Program-made: the position numbers and the translations under genes
Shown here: positions 48,069 through 57,922 of the stretch, one piece after another
Position numbering within the stretch: position 1 is the stretch's first letter
Layout: the number at the start of each line of letters is the position of its first letter
Origin: Candidatus Poseidoniaceae archaeon
Lineage (GTDB): Archaea > Thermoplasmatota > Poseidoniia > Poseidoniales > Poseidoniaceae
NCBI GenBank assembly: GCA_949373075.1
Contig: CASIBX010000011.1
Location: 1 to 62,501, forward strand
Direction of reading: 5' to 3'
Length of the DNA stretch: 62,501 nt
Notes under the pieces: model-generated
The model's input: the letters and a program-made list of their open reading frames with translations, nothing else
The model's database searches: none
What the model was told of the DNA's origin: nothing

Positions 48069-50381
48069 TCAATCAGTTGGGTCGCGACGAGGAGTCCAAA
48101 TGGCCAGGCTAGCCAGTAACATAAGGCTCCAACCGCCCCATACCAGGTGTATTCCTGGAAGGTCATAAACCATGATTCTGACCAAGTCACTACCTTCCAT
48201 TAAAGAGCGTGCCTGAGTACCATCCATTATCAAAACCAAGTCTCCATGCCACATACTCACCCGGTCTACTTCAGAGCGTGACCTCGAGTCAAAACGTATC
48301 ACTCCCGGCTCAACCGTTTCAATCAATTCACCATCATTGTCATAGACATTTATGACTGCTCCGAGGTAGCCATCGCCGACTTCCAAATCGTCTCCGCCTT
48401 GAGTTACGACTTCAACGAATTCGAACTCATAGGCACCCCACTCAACTTTCTCACCTTGAATTAGAGTAACGCTATGAGAGTAAGTTCCTCTATCGATGAT
48501 TGTGGTGCTCATTACGTGGCCAATCACTAGAAGAACTAACCCCAGATGTATGAAATGAGCGAAGAAAGGAATTTTCCTTTTGCCAGAATTCTCTCGAATC
48601 AAGGAAACTGTCGCAGGTAGAGCCAACAAAGCAGGAAGTAATACTACCATCCCAATTTGTCCTCTACTGAGTGATGCTCCCAAAATATCTGAAGAATCAT
48701 ATCCTAGGCTATTTCCAAATAGCCAGGCCACTAACAAGATCAGTGGAGTTGAAAATAATAGGAAAAATATTCTTTGGGGTTTGTCCCGCATACTCCACAT
48801 CACGAATGCTAACATTACCGCAGCAATGAATGGGGCACCATACAACTCATGCGCTGCAAATTGAATCGAATCGATACTAGAGATTAATATCACTAAAGTC
48901 AATATCAAATATAATCCAACAGCAACTACTGGAGTCCACAAGGCAATTCTTTGCTGGAATTTACGCTCTTTGAATGAAAATTTCGATGATTCGCCTTCTT
49001 CTGCGAGGAACCACGGTGAGATGAAAGTCGCCATACCAATAGCACAAATCCAGATATCCAGCATTCCAGACCATGATGCTGCGAGGAATAGTATCACTCC
49101 ACAACTTGCCCAACCCCAAGCTTTGAGGCGCTCTTTTTCAAAAATTAATCCGAATGCGAACAATAGTGAAAGTAATTCGAATAGCACCATTCCATGAATA
49201 AACCTCAATCCAACCATCACTGCTGGAATTGCAAACCATTTCCAATCGTGCCCCCCTGGCAATGACCTAATTCCGGATTCCACAAACGGACCTAGCCCAA
49301 TGATTACAAGCAGAGTTGGAGAGAAACCATCGAGTACATCTCCTCCGCCTATTACTCCAATGACTGCCGTAATTGGCAATAGGAATAGCCACCACTGAGA
49401 AAAACTAGTTCCCAATCTAGTTGCAAGGAATATTCCCATTAATTGGATTACACCCAATAGGTAAACCAGAACTTCAATTCCACTAATATCTGAAAGAACA
49501 ACCATCATCCTCCCAAAAACATCAGTTGGCGGAGAGCCAGTTGAATTAATGACAAATGTATGAACACTGACCGCCCAAACTCCACCTGCACGAGTGACCA
49601 TTGTTGCAAATAATGCTAGTGCACCTGATGCCATTGCAATTCCCGCCCAAATATGGTCAGGCGTTTTTCCTGGTCTAGTTCTAAGATGGAGTAGAACTAC
49701 AATGCAAATCCATGGCAAAAGTGAACCAGTTTCAACCGGGTCCCAAGCCCAATAACCACCCCAATCAAGTATGAGATAAGCCCACAATCCTCCCAAACCA
49801 ATCCCCAGTGTGGCAAAGAAGAATGATGGCCTTGCTACGTGAATCAAACGGTCTTTGATTCCCTTTGAATTCGTAAGCAAGGAGGATATCCCGATTGAAG
49901 TTAAAGTCAAACAAAGAGAATATGCCAAGAATATCAAAGGTGGATGAATAACCATCAAGTCAGTCTGTAGAAGTTCATTAAGACCAGGACCTGTTCCATT
50001 CGCTGCCTTGAATGGCTCAAGTATCCAAGCCACCAGTAACAGAGATAATGCAAATCCATTCATTAATCTTAATCTCAAAAGATGAGTCTCTTCGTTTTCC
50101 CCTGATAATGGATTTCTCCAGATTGTGGATAATAATGCCATCCAGGCAACCCAAAGTAAAATCGGTCCTTCTCTGGCAGCCCATGTGGCTGCGAAACGAT
50201 AGCGAAGTGGCAGGTCTTCCCCACCATACCATGCAACTAAATGAATCGAATCAAAATTCAAAGTAAACATGGTTGCTAATACAAAAAATGGTAAAGCCAT
50301 CAACCATGTTAAACGGGCATCAGGACGATAGGTAACCCATGCTGCAACTGTTACTGCAAAGGGCATTATCAAGGATTCCAT
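48069..50381 (-). CDS. ccmF: Cytochrome c biogenesis heme lyase, CcmF family
   Basis: WAAREGPILLW, GLNELLQ..LMVIHPP, WWD domain GGLWAY..LDWGGYWAWDPVETGSLLPW...LH, TRAG...SVHTF, HFIHLG. Confidence 0.88.
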   Translation of the reverse strand: MESLIMPFAVTVAAWVTYRPDARLTWLMALPFFVLATMFTLNFDSIHLVAWYGGEDLPLRYRFAATWAAREGPILLWVAWMALLSTIWRNPLSGENEETHLLRLRLMNGFALSLLLVAWILEPFKAANGTGPGLNELLQTDLMVIHPPLIFLAYSLCLTLTSIGISSLLTNSKGIKDRLIHVARPSFFFATLGIGLGGLWAYLILDWGGYWAWDPVETGSLLPWICIVVLLHLRTRPGKTPDHIWAGIAMASGALALFATMVTRAGGVWAVSVHTFVINSTGSPPTDVFGRMMVVLSDISGIEVLVYLLGVIQLMGIFLATRLGTSFSQWWLFLLPITAVIGVIGGGDVLDGFSPTLLVIIGLGPFVESGIRSLPGGHDWKWFAIPAVMVGLRFIHGMVLFELLSLLFAFGLIFEKERLKAWGWASCGVILFLAASWSGMLDIWICAIGMATFISPWFLAEEGESSKFSFKERKFQQRIALWTPVVAVGLYLILTLVILISSIDSIQFAAHELYGAPFIAAVMLAFVMWSMRDKPQRIFFLLFSTPLILLVAWLFGNSLGYDSSDILGASLSRGQIGMVVLLPALLALPATVSLIRENSGKRKIPFFAHFIHLGLVLLVIGHVMSTTIIDRGTYSHSVTLIQGEKVEWGAYEFEFVEVVTQGGDDLEVGDGYLGAVINVYDNDGELIETVEPGVIRFDSRSRSEVDRVSMWHGDLVLIMDGTQARSLMEGSDLVRIMVYDLPGIHLVWGGWSLMLLASLAIWTPRRDPTD

Positions 50382-50385
50382 CTAC

Positions 50386-51612
50386 TCACCAACCGAAATG
50401 TTTGGCGCGTGAATAACCAAAGGAAAGTAGTACACTAACTACGCCCTTGGTATACAAAATTGGATGTCTGACCAACAATTTTAATCCGATCCAAATCTTG
50501 TCTAAAGGTGACATTGAACCCAATTCCTCTGGAAGACAGTGGGCCATGTTGGAAAGTTCTTGGTCGGAAAGGTCGTAAAGCGAAGTCTTGCCTTTGAGAA
50601 TTTTGTGATATGGAGGAAAACGCTTCTTCCAAGCTTTCACGTAAGGTTGCATTTTTGCGTCCGATAAATCATCTGCTGAGATTGCTGCTGAAATTGTTAG
50701 AGCAGCCTCTCTACCTGACCAAAGTGCAAGATGTGAACCTCCTTCGAATAGAGGAGATGTAAATCCAGCAGCATCTCCAACCAAGATGAGCCCGTCTCCA
50801 GTTGTAATTTCTCTAGGTCCTGAAATTGGAATAGTACCGCCGAATGGTTTTGGTTTGATTCCTTTTTTTCTCCATTCCGGATTTTGGATTTCTTTTCCTT
50901 TAAGATAAGTATCTTCAACGAATTTATCTAGATATTTTATGGCGCCTCTTTTGTCAGTGGTTACCAAACCTACGTTCGCCCTACCGCCCTTTTTAGGAAT
51001 CATCCAAACATATCCGTGCGGTGAATATTCAGGCCACAAGTAGAAATCAAGATAACCGTCATTTTCAACTTCTGTCATTTCATATTGGAAGCCAGCAATT
51101 ACCTCTACAGTAGTGCCCATTCCCAATAGTTTTGTAGCGGCACCTGTAACTCCAGATGCATCGATAACTGCCTTACATTCAATTGGAAATTCATTTCCCC
51201 GGCCGTCTATTTTCCAATTAGAAAATTTATTTTCGCTATTGTAAATTCTTTCCATAGATGTCACGCGGTGAGAGAGGTGTAAAGAGGCGCCTTTTTCAAC
51301 AGCCTCATCACATAGCCACTGCTCGAACTTATGCTTCTCCAAAACATATCCTTTTTCTGTCAGAAGCTTGGCTGTTCCATCTGGGAAAATAACCCTGATT
51401 CCTTTACAATCTAAAGCGATGACATCTTCAGGCAGTTCAAGATCTAAATTATCGATTGCCATCTGAGAAAGACATTCCCCGCAGTGCACTGGAACTCCAA
51501 CCTCCGAGTCCGCTTCAACAATCATTGTCTTGAGCCCAGCGCGAGAGGCATGCAGAGCAGCAGAACCGCCCCCGGGGCCCGCTCCAATTACCAGAACATC
51601 GCAACTCGCCAT
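50386..51612 (-). CDS. Geranylgeranyl reductase family flavoprotein
   Basis: GAGPGG, PVHCGE, PHGYVWMIPK (PxxYxWxFP-like), ANVGL, LVGDAAG..SPLFEGG. Confidence 0.88.
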   Translation of the reverse strand: MASCDVLVIGAGPGGGSAALHASRAGLKTMIVEADSEVGVPVHCGECLSQMAIDNLDLELPEDVIALDCKGIRVIFPDGTAKLLTEKGYVLEKHKFEQWLCDEAVEKGASLHLSHRVTSMERIYNSENKFSNWKIDGRGNEFPIECKAVIDASGVTGAATKLLGMGTTVEVIAGFQYEMTEVENDGYLDFYLWPEYSPHGYVWMIPKKGGRANVGLVTTDKRGAIKYLDKFVEDTYLKGKEIQNPEWRKKGIKPKPFGGTIPISGPREITTGDGLILVGDAAGFTSPLFEGGSHLALWSGREAALTISAAISADDLSDAKMQPYVKAWKKRFPPYHKILKGKTSLYDLSDQELSNMAHCLPEELGSMSPLDKIWIGLKLLVRHPILYTKGVVSVLLSFGYSRAKHFGW

Positions 51613-51631
51613 GCCTCCCCGTAGGGGAGGC
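51613..51631. promoter_or_regulatory. GC-rich palindrome with 3-nt spacer covering the SD-like sequence of the GGR gene
   Basis: GCCTCCCC-GTA-GGGGAGGC, perfect 8-bp arms; on the minus strand the 3' arm GGGGAGGC abuts ATG 51612. Confidence 0.6.
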
Positions 51632-51690
51632 GGGACTTCAATGAGTCGGCAGAGAACAAGTATTCATGAGGAATGTCTCGTAGCGGTATC

Positions 51691-53616
51691 ATGGCCTGGC
51701 GTAATATGACACGTTGGCTCGCCCACTTGGAGAGCAAAGGCGAGTTACTGCGTATCAGTGAACCGGTCGACGTCGAACTGGAAGCTGGCGCCATTGCTGA
51801 CCGTTTAGTGAAAAGCGGAGGTTCTGCGGTATTATTCGAAAAACCGCGGCTGCCAAACGGTGAAATTAGCGAAATACCGCTTGCAATGAATCTCTTTGGT
51901 ACACATGACAGGACATTGCGCGCATTAGGTGCGTCGCATCCTACTGAAGTCGGTGAGCGATTAGTCGCATTGATGAAACCCGATATTGGAGGAATAGTCA
52001 AGAGACCATGGACTGGTTTACCACTTCTTAGAGATGCAATTTCAATGCCCCCCAAGAAAGTAAGAAGGGGTTCATGTCAACGTGTTAGGATGGAAACTGA
52101 CGTCACTAAATTACCAATTCCAAAAACATGGCCGATGGACGGAGGACGGTTCATCACATTACCACTCGTAGTCACCAAAGACCCTAATTCTGGTGAACAT
52201 AATCTTGGAATGTATCGAAGTCAGATATTTGGGCCCAAAGAGGTGGGTCTACACTGGCAAATTCACAAACATGGTGCAGACCATGCAGCAGCTTGGCCAG
52301 AGGGAAAAATGCCAGTTGCTATTTGCATAGGGGGGCCTCCTGAATTAATTTTCTCAGCGATTGCTCCACTGCCTGATAATTTGGAAGAATACATGTTTGC
52401 AGGATTCCTAGGTAAACGCCGCTTGAGAATTACAAAGGCGCTGACTCAGGATTTACTAGTTCCTGCAGATGCTGACATAGTGATTGAAGGATGGGTTGAT
52501 GCGACTCAAACAAGAACAGAAGGACCTTTTGGAGATCACTTCGGATTCTATTCATTGACAGGACAATATCCAGTATTGAATGTCACTGCAATAACTAGGA
52601 GAAAAGACGCAGTACTTTCTGCAACTATTGTCGGTCAACCCCCTATGGAAGACGGATATCTGGGAGAAGCGATAGGCAAGCAGTTTAGACCGATTCTTTC
52701 ATTCCAGCACAGGGATGTGTTGGACCTTCACTTACCTTTAGAGACAGGATTCCACAATTTAGCTATCGTAAAGAGTAAGCAGAGATATCCAAGACAAGCT
52801 CGTAAGACCTGCTTGGGATTATTGGGTGCCGGCCAAATGATGTTTTTGAAAATACTAATCGCTACTGATGAGAATCCGAGTGATCTCGAATCTTTATTGG
52901 ATGCTCTCAATGATAGAGTGGACCCAAAATCAGACCTAACTATAATTGAGGGAATGGTTGGGGATTCTTTAGAACCTGCATCAACATTCGAAAATGTTCA
53001 CTCGAAATTAATTATCGATACGACGAAATTGGTTCCTGCAGACCCCAGAAGCGGCAATCCCCTCGAGGGTTCCCCTGTAGAAGAGTGCCCACCATGGAGA
53101 AGAGGAGAAGAAGAGCCTCCTGGAATTAGTGAAGATTTACTCGAAAATATTTCTAAATTAGAAGGTGTAGAAGATTGTCTTTTGTTGAGAAGTTCGATGC
53201 TTGTAGTGACTCTAGATATCGAAGGAACCCCTGAACCCAGGACTGGAGCACAATGGCCAAATGAAGAAGATGCAGCCGCAAAGATATCTAAAATAAACCA
53301 ATTGCGTAATTTAATTTGGCAATTGGACTCCAAAAATGAACTCCGGTGGCTATTCTTTACTAATAACGACCTCGATTTACATGGTGACGGGGCAAACCGT
53401 AGATTGCTGTGGCAACTCACATCTAGGTTTGCAGTTGAACGTGACTTCTTGGTTGAACAAGGCAGAATCTTTTGGGATGCAACTACACCAATCCCATCGA
53501 ATGACGGCCCATCAGTTGTAAGGCGTTGGCCCGCAATTACCATGCATGACCCTGAAACATTAGAGTCGATTGAGAGATTTGACCTGCCGCCTTGGCCAGA
53601 TAATTTGGTGATGTGA
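51691..53616 (+). CDS. ubiD: UbiD-family (prFMN) decarboxylase, menaquinone-biosynthesis type
   Basis: MNLFG, WPMDGGRFITLP, NLGMYR, LHWQIHKHG, EGPFGDHFGFY, VGQPPMED, KQRYP; start ATG 51691 or 51673. Confidence 0.88.
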   Translation: MAWRNMTRWLAHLESKGELLRISEPVDVELEAGAIADRLVKSGGSAVLFEKPRLPNGEISEIPLAMNLFGTHDRTLRALGASHPTEVGERLVALMKPDIGGIVKRPWTGLPLLRDAISMPPKKVRRGSCQRVRMETDVTKLPIPKTWPMDGGRFITLPLVVTKDPNSGEHNLGMYRSQIFGPKEVGLHWQIHKHGADHAAAWPEGKMPVAICIGGPPELIFSAIAPLPDNLEEYMFAGFLGKRRLRITKALTQDLLVPADADIVIEGWVDATQTRTEGPFGDHFGFYSLTGQYPVLNVTAITRRKDAVLSATIVGQPPMEDGYLGEAIGKQFRPILSFQHRDVLDLHLPLETGFHNLAIVKSKQRYPRQARKTCLGLLGAGQMMFLKILIATDENPSDLESLLDALNDRVDPKSDLTIIEGMVGDSLEPASTFENVHSKLIIDTTKLVPADPRSGNPLEGSPVEECPPWRRGEEEPPGISEDLLENISKLEGVEDCLLLRSSMLVVTLDIEGTPEPRTGAQWPNEEDAAAKISKINQLRNLIWQLDSKNELRWLFFTNNDLDLHGDGANRRLLWQLTSRFAVERDFLVEQGRIFWDATTPIPSNDGPSVVRRWPAITMHDPETLESIERFDLPPWPDNLVM

Positions 53617-53617
53617 A

Positions 53618-54424
53618 ATGGACTTCAAACAAATTGCATCGTTTGTAAAAATTGAGCATACTCTATTCAGTTTGCCTTTCGTTTTTATTGGAGCATTTAT
53701 GGCGGGGGACCCCAGTAATTTGCAACTATTCTGGATATTAGTAGCCGCTGTTGGTGCACGTGGTTTAGCCATGGGCCTAAACCGAATCATAGACCGTGAT
53801 ATCGATGCTGCAAACCCACGTACTGCGAATCGCCATTTAGCCTCAGGTGCAATGTCAATGCGAACTGCCTGGTCTCTGTGCGCAATATTCCTAGTCATGC
53901 TAATTGGTGGAGCTTGGATGCTAAACCCACTATGCCTCTACCTTTCACCAATCCCAGTATTCGCCTTCGTAGTATATCCATATCTCAAAAGATACACCTG
54001 GCTATGCCACTGGTGGTTAGGAGGATGTCTTGCCCTAGCACCTGCGGGAGCATGGGTTGCAATCACTGGTGAAATATCTTCCAATTCATGGTACCCCGAT
54101 TTGATGTACGTTTCGATTGGAGTAGCAATTTGGATCGCTGCATTTGACCTTGGATATGCACAAATGGATATAGAAAGCGACAAACTGAACGGAGTGAAAT
54201 CATTCCCCGCCTATTTCCAACCCCCTGTAACAATGGCAGTTATGCTGCTATCTACTCCATTGTGGGCTGCGGCGTTTTCAGTAGTTTCAATTTCAGGCAC
54301 CATAATTTCACTCGCATTGGTATTACTTGTGTTGTCTGCCTCAGGAGAGCAATTCCAAAAATGGTGGTTTAGAGCTCATGTTTCCACCGGATGGATACTA
54401 CTTGTTGCAATGCAAATTTCATAG
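53618..54424 (+). CDS. ubiA: UbiA-family polyprenyltransferase (MqnP-like)
   Basis: VKIEHTLFSLPF, AVGARGLAMGLNRIIDRDIDAANPRTANRH, YPYLKRYT, FDLGYAQMDIESD. Confidence 0.87.
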   Translation: MDFKQIASFVKIEHTLFSLPFVFIGAFMAGDPSNLQLFWILVAAVGARGLAMGLNRIIDRDIDAANPRTANRHLASGAMSMRTAWSLCAIFLVMLIGGAWMLNPLCLYLSPIPVFAFVVYPYLKRYTWLCHWWLGGCLALAPAGAWVAITGEISSNSWYPDLMYVSIGVAIWIAAFDLGYAQMDIESDKLNGVKSFPAYFQPPVTMAVMLLSTPLWAAAFSVVSISGTIISLALVLLVLSASGEQFQKWWFRAHVSTGWILLVAMQIS

Positions 54425-54447
54425 AGCGGCAATAACCCCCCCTGATT

Positions 54448-54825
54448 ATGAATCCAATCGTTAAGTCTCTACTTGAATTCAATCAAGCATTCGAAATACC
54501 ACGTCTAGAAACTCCGGACTTAGGACCTGATGAATTAATTGAATTAAGAATTAAACTTCTAAAAGAGGAAGTCGAAGAATACGCTGAAGCGGCAAGAGCG
54601 GGAGATTTGGTAGAAGTTCTCGATGCTTTAGCAGACATTGGCTACATTCTTGCTGGAACTATAATTAATCATGGAATGCAAGATATTTATGATGATGCTT
54701 TCAATGAAGTTCATCGCTCGAATATGGCCAAATTAGTCGATGGCAAAGTGATTCGAAGGGAAGATGGTAAAGTCTTGAAACCCGAAGGATGGCAGGCCCC
54801 TCAACTAGCACAATTCCTCCAGTGA
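54448..54825 (+). CDS. MazG-like all-alpha NTP pyrophosphohydrolase (DR2231-type dUTPase-like)
   Basis: LLKEEVEEY, EVLDALADIGY, EVHRSNMAK, REDGKVLKP. Confidence 0.88.
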   Translation: MNPIVKSLLEFNQAFEIPRLETPDLGPDELIELRIKLLKEEVEEYAEAARAGDLVEVLDALADIGYILAGTIINHGMQDIYDDAFNEVHRSNMAKLVDGKVIRREDGKVLKPEGWQAPQLAQFLQ

Positions 54826-54856
54826 TTTATTGAGCAAGTGCTGTCCTACAGATGAC

Positions 54857-55582
54857 ATGCGCACCGCTTTAGTGACCGGAGGAGGCCGCGGCATTGGTGC
54901 CGCCATATCCAAACGGCTGGCTAAGGATGGTTACAGAATTCTCCTTACGTATTGCAATTCATCAAAGCCTGCTGAAATGGTTGTAGATGAAATTAGGAAC
55001 TCGGGAATAGATGCTGTAGCAGTGAACTGTGATGTAACCGATGTTAGAGAAGTCGCATTACTAGCGACCCACCCTTGGGTCGCAAAGGGCATAGACACCC
55101 TTATCCTAAACCATGGTAGATACGACCGTATCGATGCAAAAGAGCTTGATGTTGAACACTTGAGAAGAACCATGGCTACCAATTTTGAAGGGGCTTTTTT
55201 GATATGGGATTCTGTGAAGTCACACTTGACTAGCGGAGCACGCATATGCGTGATTGGCAGTCAATTAGGAACTAGGGGCTCCCCTCATGGAGCAGACTAT
55301 TCTGCATCAAAGGCAGCCCTAGCAATTTGGGCTCGTTCACTAGCTCAGTCTTTAGCGCCTGAAGGAAAGCGAGTAAATATCGTAGCCCCAGGGTTTGTCG
55401 ACACAGATATTCTAGCAGGAGATAGTAAAGAGAAAAGGGCGAGTAGAGAAGAGGAAGTTCCTCTAAAAAGAATCGGAACTCCTGAAGATATTGCAGGAAC
55501 TGTATCCTTCTTAGTATCCGAAGATTCGAATTACATCACCGGTGCAATTGTCAATGTAAATGGTGGATTGTATCTGCCTTAG
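54857..55582 (+). CDS. Short-chain dehydrogenase/reductase (FabG-like)
   Basis: ALVTGGGRGIG, YSASK, VNIVAPGFVDT, ITGAIVNVNGG. Confidence 0.9.
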   Translation: MRTALVTGGGRGIGAAISKRLAKDGYRILLTYCNSSKPAEMVVDEIRNSGIDAVAVNCDVTDVREVALLATHPWVAKGIDTLILNHGRYDRIDAKELDVEHLRRTMATNFEGAFLIWDSVKSHLTSGARICVIGSQLGTRGSPHGADYSASKAALAIWARSLAQSLAPEGKRVNIVAPGFVDTDILAGDSKEKRASREEEVPLKRIGTPEDIAGTVSFLVSEDSNYITGAIVNVNGGLYLP

Positions 55583-55593
55583 GATGTGTTTAG

Positions 55594-57879
55594 ATGAGCG
55601 ATCCCTTCGACATATCGAAGGCCCTGGAAGGGGCAGTAAAAGAACACTTGTCGCCAGACGTAGCAAGGTTCAGAATACACTCAGAACACCTGCCTGCCGG
55701 TGACCAAGAAAGTGCAATTGAAAAATTAGTTTCTCAATTGGAAAATAATCAAGAAAGATGTGTACTCCTAGGGGTCACTGGCTCTGGTAAAACATTTGCA
55801 ATGGCACACATAATTGAGAGGTTAAATATACCAACTTTAATTATCAGCCACAACAAAACATTAGCTAGACAACTCCACCAAGAAATGGCAGGACTGTTCC
55901 CTGAAAATGGAGTAGAATATTTCGTTTCGCATTACGACTATTATCAACCAGAGGCATATTTGCCGAAAAGAGATTTGTACATTGACAAAGAGTTGTCAAT
56001 AAATGAAAGAATAGAACAAGAAAGATTCGCTACAGTAGCTAGCCTTGTCAGTAGGCCTGATTGCATAGTTGTGTCTTCAGTTTCATGCATATACGGACTG
56101 AATGCACCTGAAACATTCTTGGCCTACCATTGCCGAATACATACTGGACAAGAAATTGAACCGATAGATTTGATCAGAGAATTGGTTGCCCTGCAGTATA
56201 CGCGCACTTCAAGCGACCTGAAACGAGGTGAAGTAAGGCTTAGAGGTGAGAACCTAGACGTATGGATGCCGAGTCGTGACGACCCGTTACGAGTTAGATT
56301 TGGATTTGATGGCGTCGAACACATACAGATTTGTGACCCGATTACATGGGAAATACTGGACGAGTTAGATGAGGCATGGATACATCCAAAAGAATTCTTC
56401 ATGATTTCTCCTGAAAGATTCGAAGCCGCTTTGGAGAATATCGAAACTGAATTGGATGGAAGAGTTGCTGAACTCAAAAGTGAAAGCAAGGAAATAGAAG
56501 CCAACCGGCTTGAACAGAGAACCAGATATGACCTTGAGATGTTAAGAGAAATCGGACATTGTACGGCTGTTGAAAATTACTCTATGCATTTTGATGGACG
56601 CGAACATGGAGAACGCCCATACTGCCTGTTGGATTTCTTCGCGGCAACCGCTAAACAGTTCCACGGCAATCCAGAAAAATTCCTAGTGATAATGGATGAA
56701 TCACACGTGTCTCTACCACAAGTAGGAGGAATGTATGCTGGTGACAGAAGTAGAAAGCTGAACCTAATCGAACACGGATTTAGGCTACCCTCTGCTGCAG
56801 ATAATCGCCCATTGAAGCAAAAAGAGTTCCAGAAACTGGTTCCTCAAATGTTGTACGTTAGTGCCACACCTGGTGAGCGAGAGTTACTGCACTTGTGCGA
56901 AATTACTGGACAAGATGCCCCTCTTGGATTACGCCACATGGCAGGAGGAGGCGGGGTTGATGAGCCCGAATATCCGAAGAAGCATCCTGATGCAGAGAGC
57001 ATGTACGATATGCTACAAATGATTGAAGAAATCCCAAGAATGGAAATTAGACCAACCGGCTTACTAGACCCAACCATAGAAGTGAGAGATACTGAGGGGC
57101 AAGTTGCAGATTTGTTATCTGAAATTAATGCAAGAATCAAAGTCGGGGAAAGAACTCTAGTTACCGTTCTAACGATTAAATTCGCAGAGGAAGTTGCCCA
57201 ATACCTCAACAAGATGGGGATTAAGGCCCATCACTTACATTCAGAGATTGATACAATCGAAAGAACTGAGATCATAAATGCGCTTAGAATTGGCCATATT
57301 GACACAATAGTTGGAATCAACCTTCTCAGAGAAGGACTGGATATCCCCGAGGTAAGCCTAGTAGCAATTTTTGATGCAGATAGGCAAGGTTTCCTTCGTA
57401 ATGAAAGAAGTCTACTACAGACAATTGGAAGAGCCGCTAGAAATTCAAACGGGAAGGTTATTCTCTATGCGGATTCAATGAGCCCTCCTATGACAGCATC
57501 AATACGTCAAACTCTAGAAAGAAGAGAGAGACAAATCGCACATAATGAAAAGAATGGAATTACTCCCACTACTATCAAAAAAGCACTTCCGAAAATGGGC
57601 AGTGATGTGGATGAGTTGATTGCAGGTACCTCTGGAGGCAAGAGATTGGTTGGCTCGAAAGGAGGCAGAAAAGGCGGGGATTGGGCGAACAAACTCAACG
57701 TAGGAGCAGGCCAATGGTCTAGCTCAGACTCCGTGGCTAGCAACATTTCCCAACCAATTGAAGAAAATGATTATTCAATTGGAGAATTAAAAGAGATGAT
57801 GCAACAAGCAGCTCTCGAATTAGACTTCGAAAGAGCGGCTATGTTACGAGACAAAATCTTGGAAATGCAATCGTCATGA
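55594..57879 (+). CDS. uvrB: Excinuclease ABC subunit B
   Basis: PAGDQ, LGVTGSGKT, HNKTLA, YDYYQPEAY, DESH, DNRPL, SATPG, INLLREGLDIPEV, QTIGRAARN; C-terminal UVR domain LDFERAAMLRD. Confidence 0.96.
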   Translation: MSDPFDISKALEGAVKEHLSPDVARFRIHSEHLPAGDQESAIEKLVSQLENNQERCVLLGVTGSGKTFAMAHIIERLNIPTLIISHNKTLARQLHQEMAGLFPENGVEYFVSHYDYYQPEAYLPKRDLYIDKELSINERIEQERFATVASLVSRPDCIVVSSVSCIYGLNAPETFLAYHCRIHTGQEIEPIDLIRELVALQYTRTSSDLKRGEVRLRGENLDVWMPSRDDPLRVRFGFDGVEHIQICDPITWEILDELDEAWIHPKEFFMISPERFEAALENIETELDGRVAELKSESKEIEANRLEQRTRYDLEMLREIGHCTAVENYSMHFDGREHGERPYCLLDFFAATAKQFHGNPEKFLVIMDESHVSLPQVGGMYAGDRSRKLNLIEHGFRLPSAADNRPLKQKEFQKLVPQMLYVSATPGERELLHLCEITGQDAPLGLRHMAGGGGVDEPEYPKKHPDAESMYDMLQMIEEIPRMEIRPTGLLDPTIEVRDTEGQVADLLSEINARIKVGERTLVTVLTIKFAEEVAQYLNKMGIKAHHLHSEIDTIERTEIINALRIGHIDTIVGINLLREGLDIPEVSLVAIFDADRQGFLRNERSLLQTIGRAARNSNGKVILYADSMSPPMTASIRQTLERRERQIAHNEKNGITPTTIKKALPKMGSDVDELIAGTSGGKRLVGSKGGRKGGDWANKLNVGAGQWSSSDSVASNISQPIEENDYSIGELKEMMQQAALELDFERAAMLRDKILEMQSS

Positions 57880-57922
57880 CACAGTCATGGGTTTCATATG
57901 CTATAGCAGCATCCAACGAATC

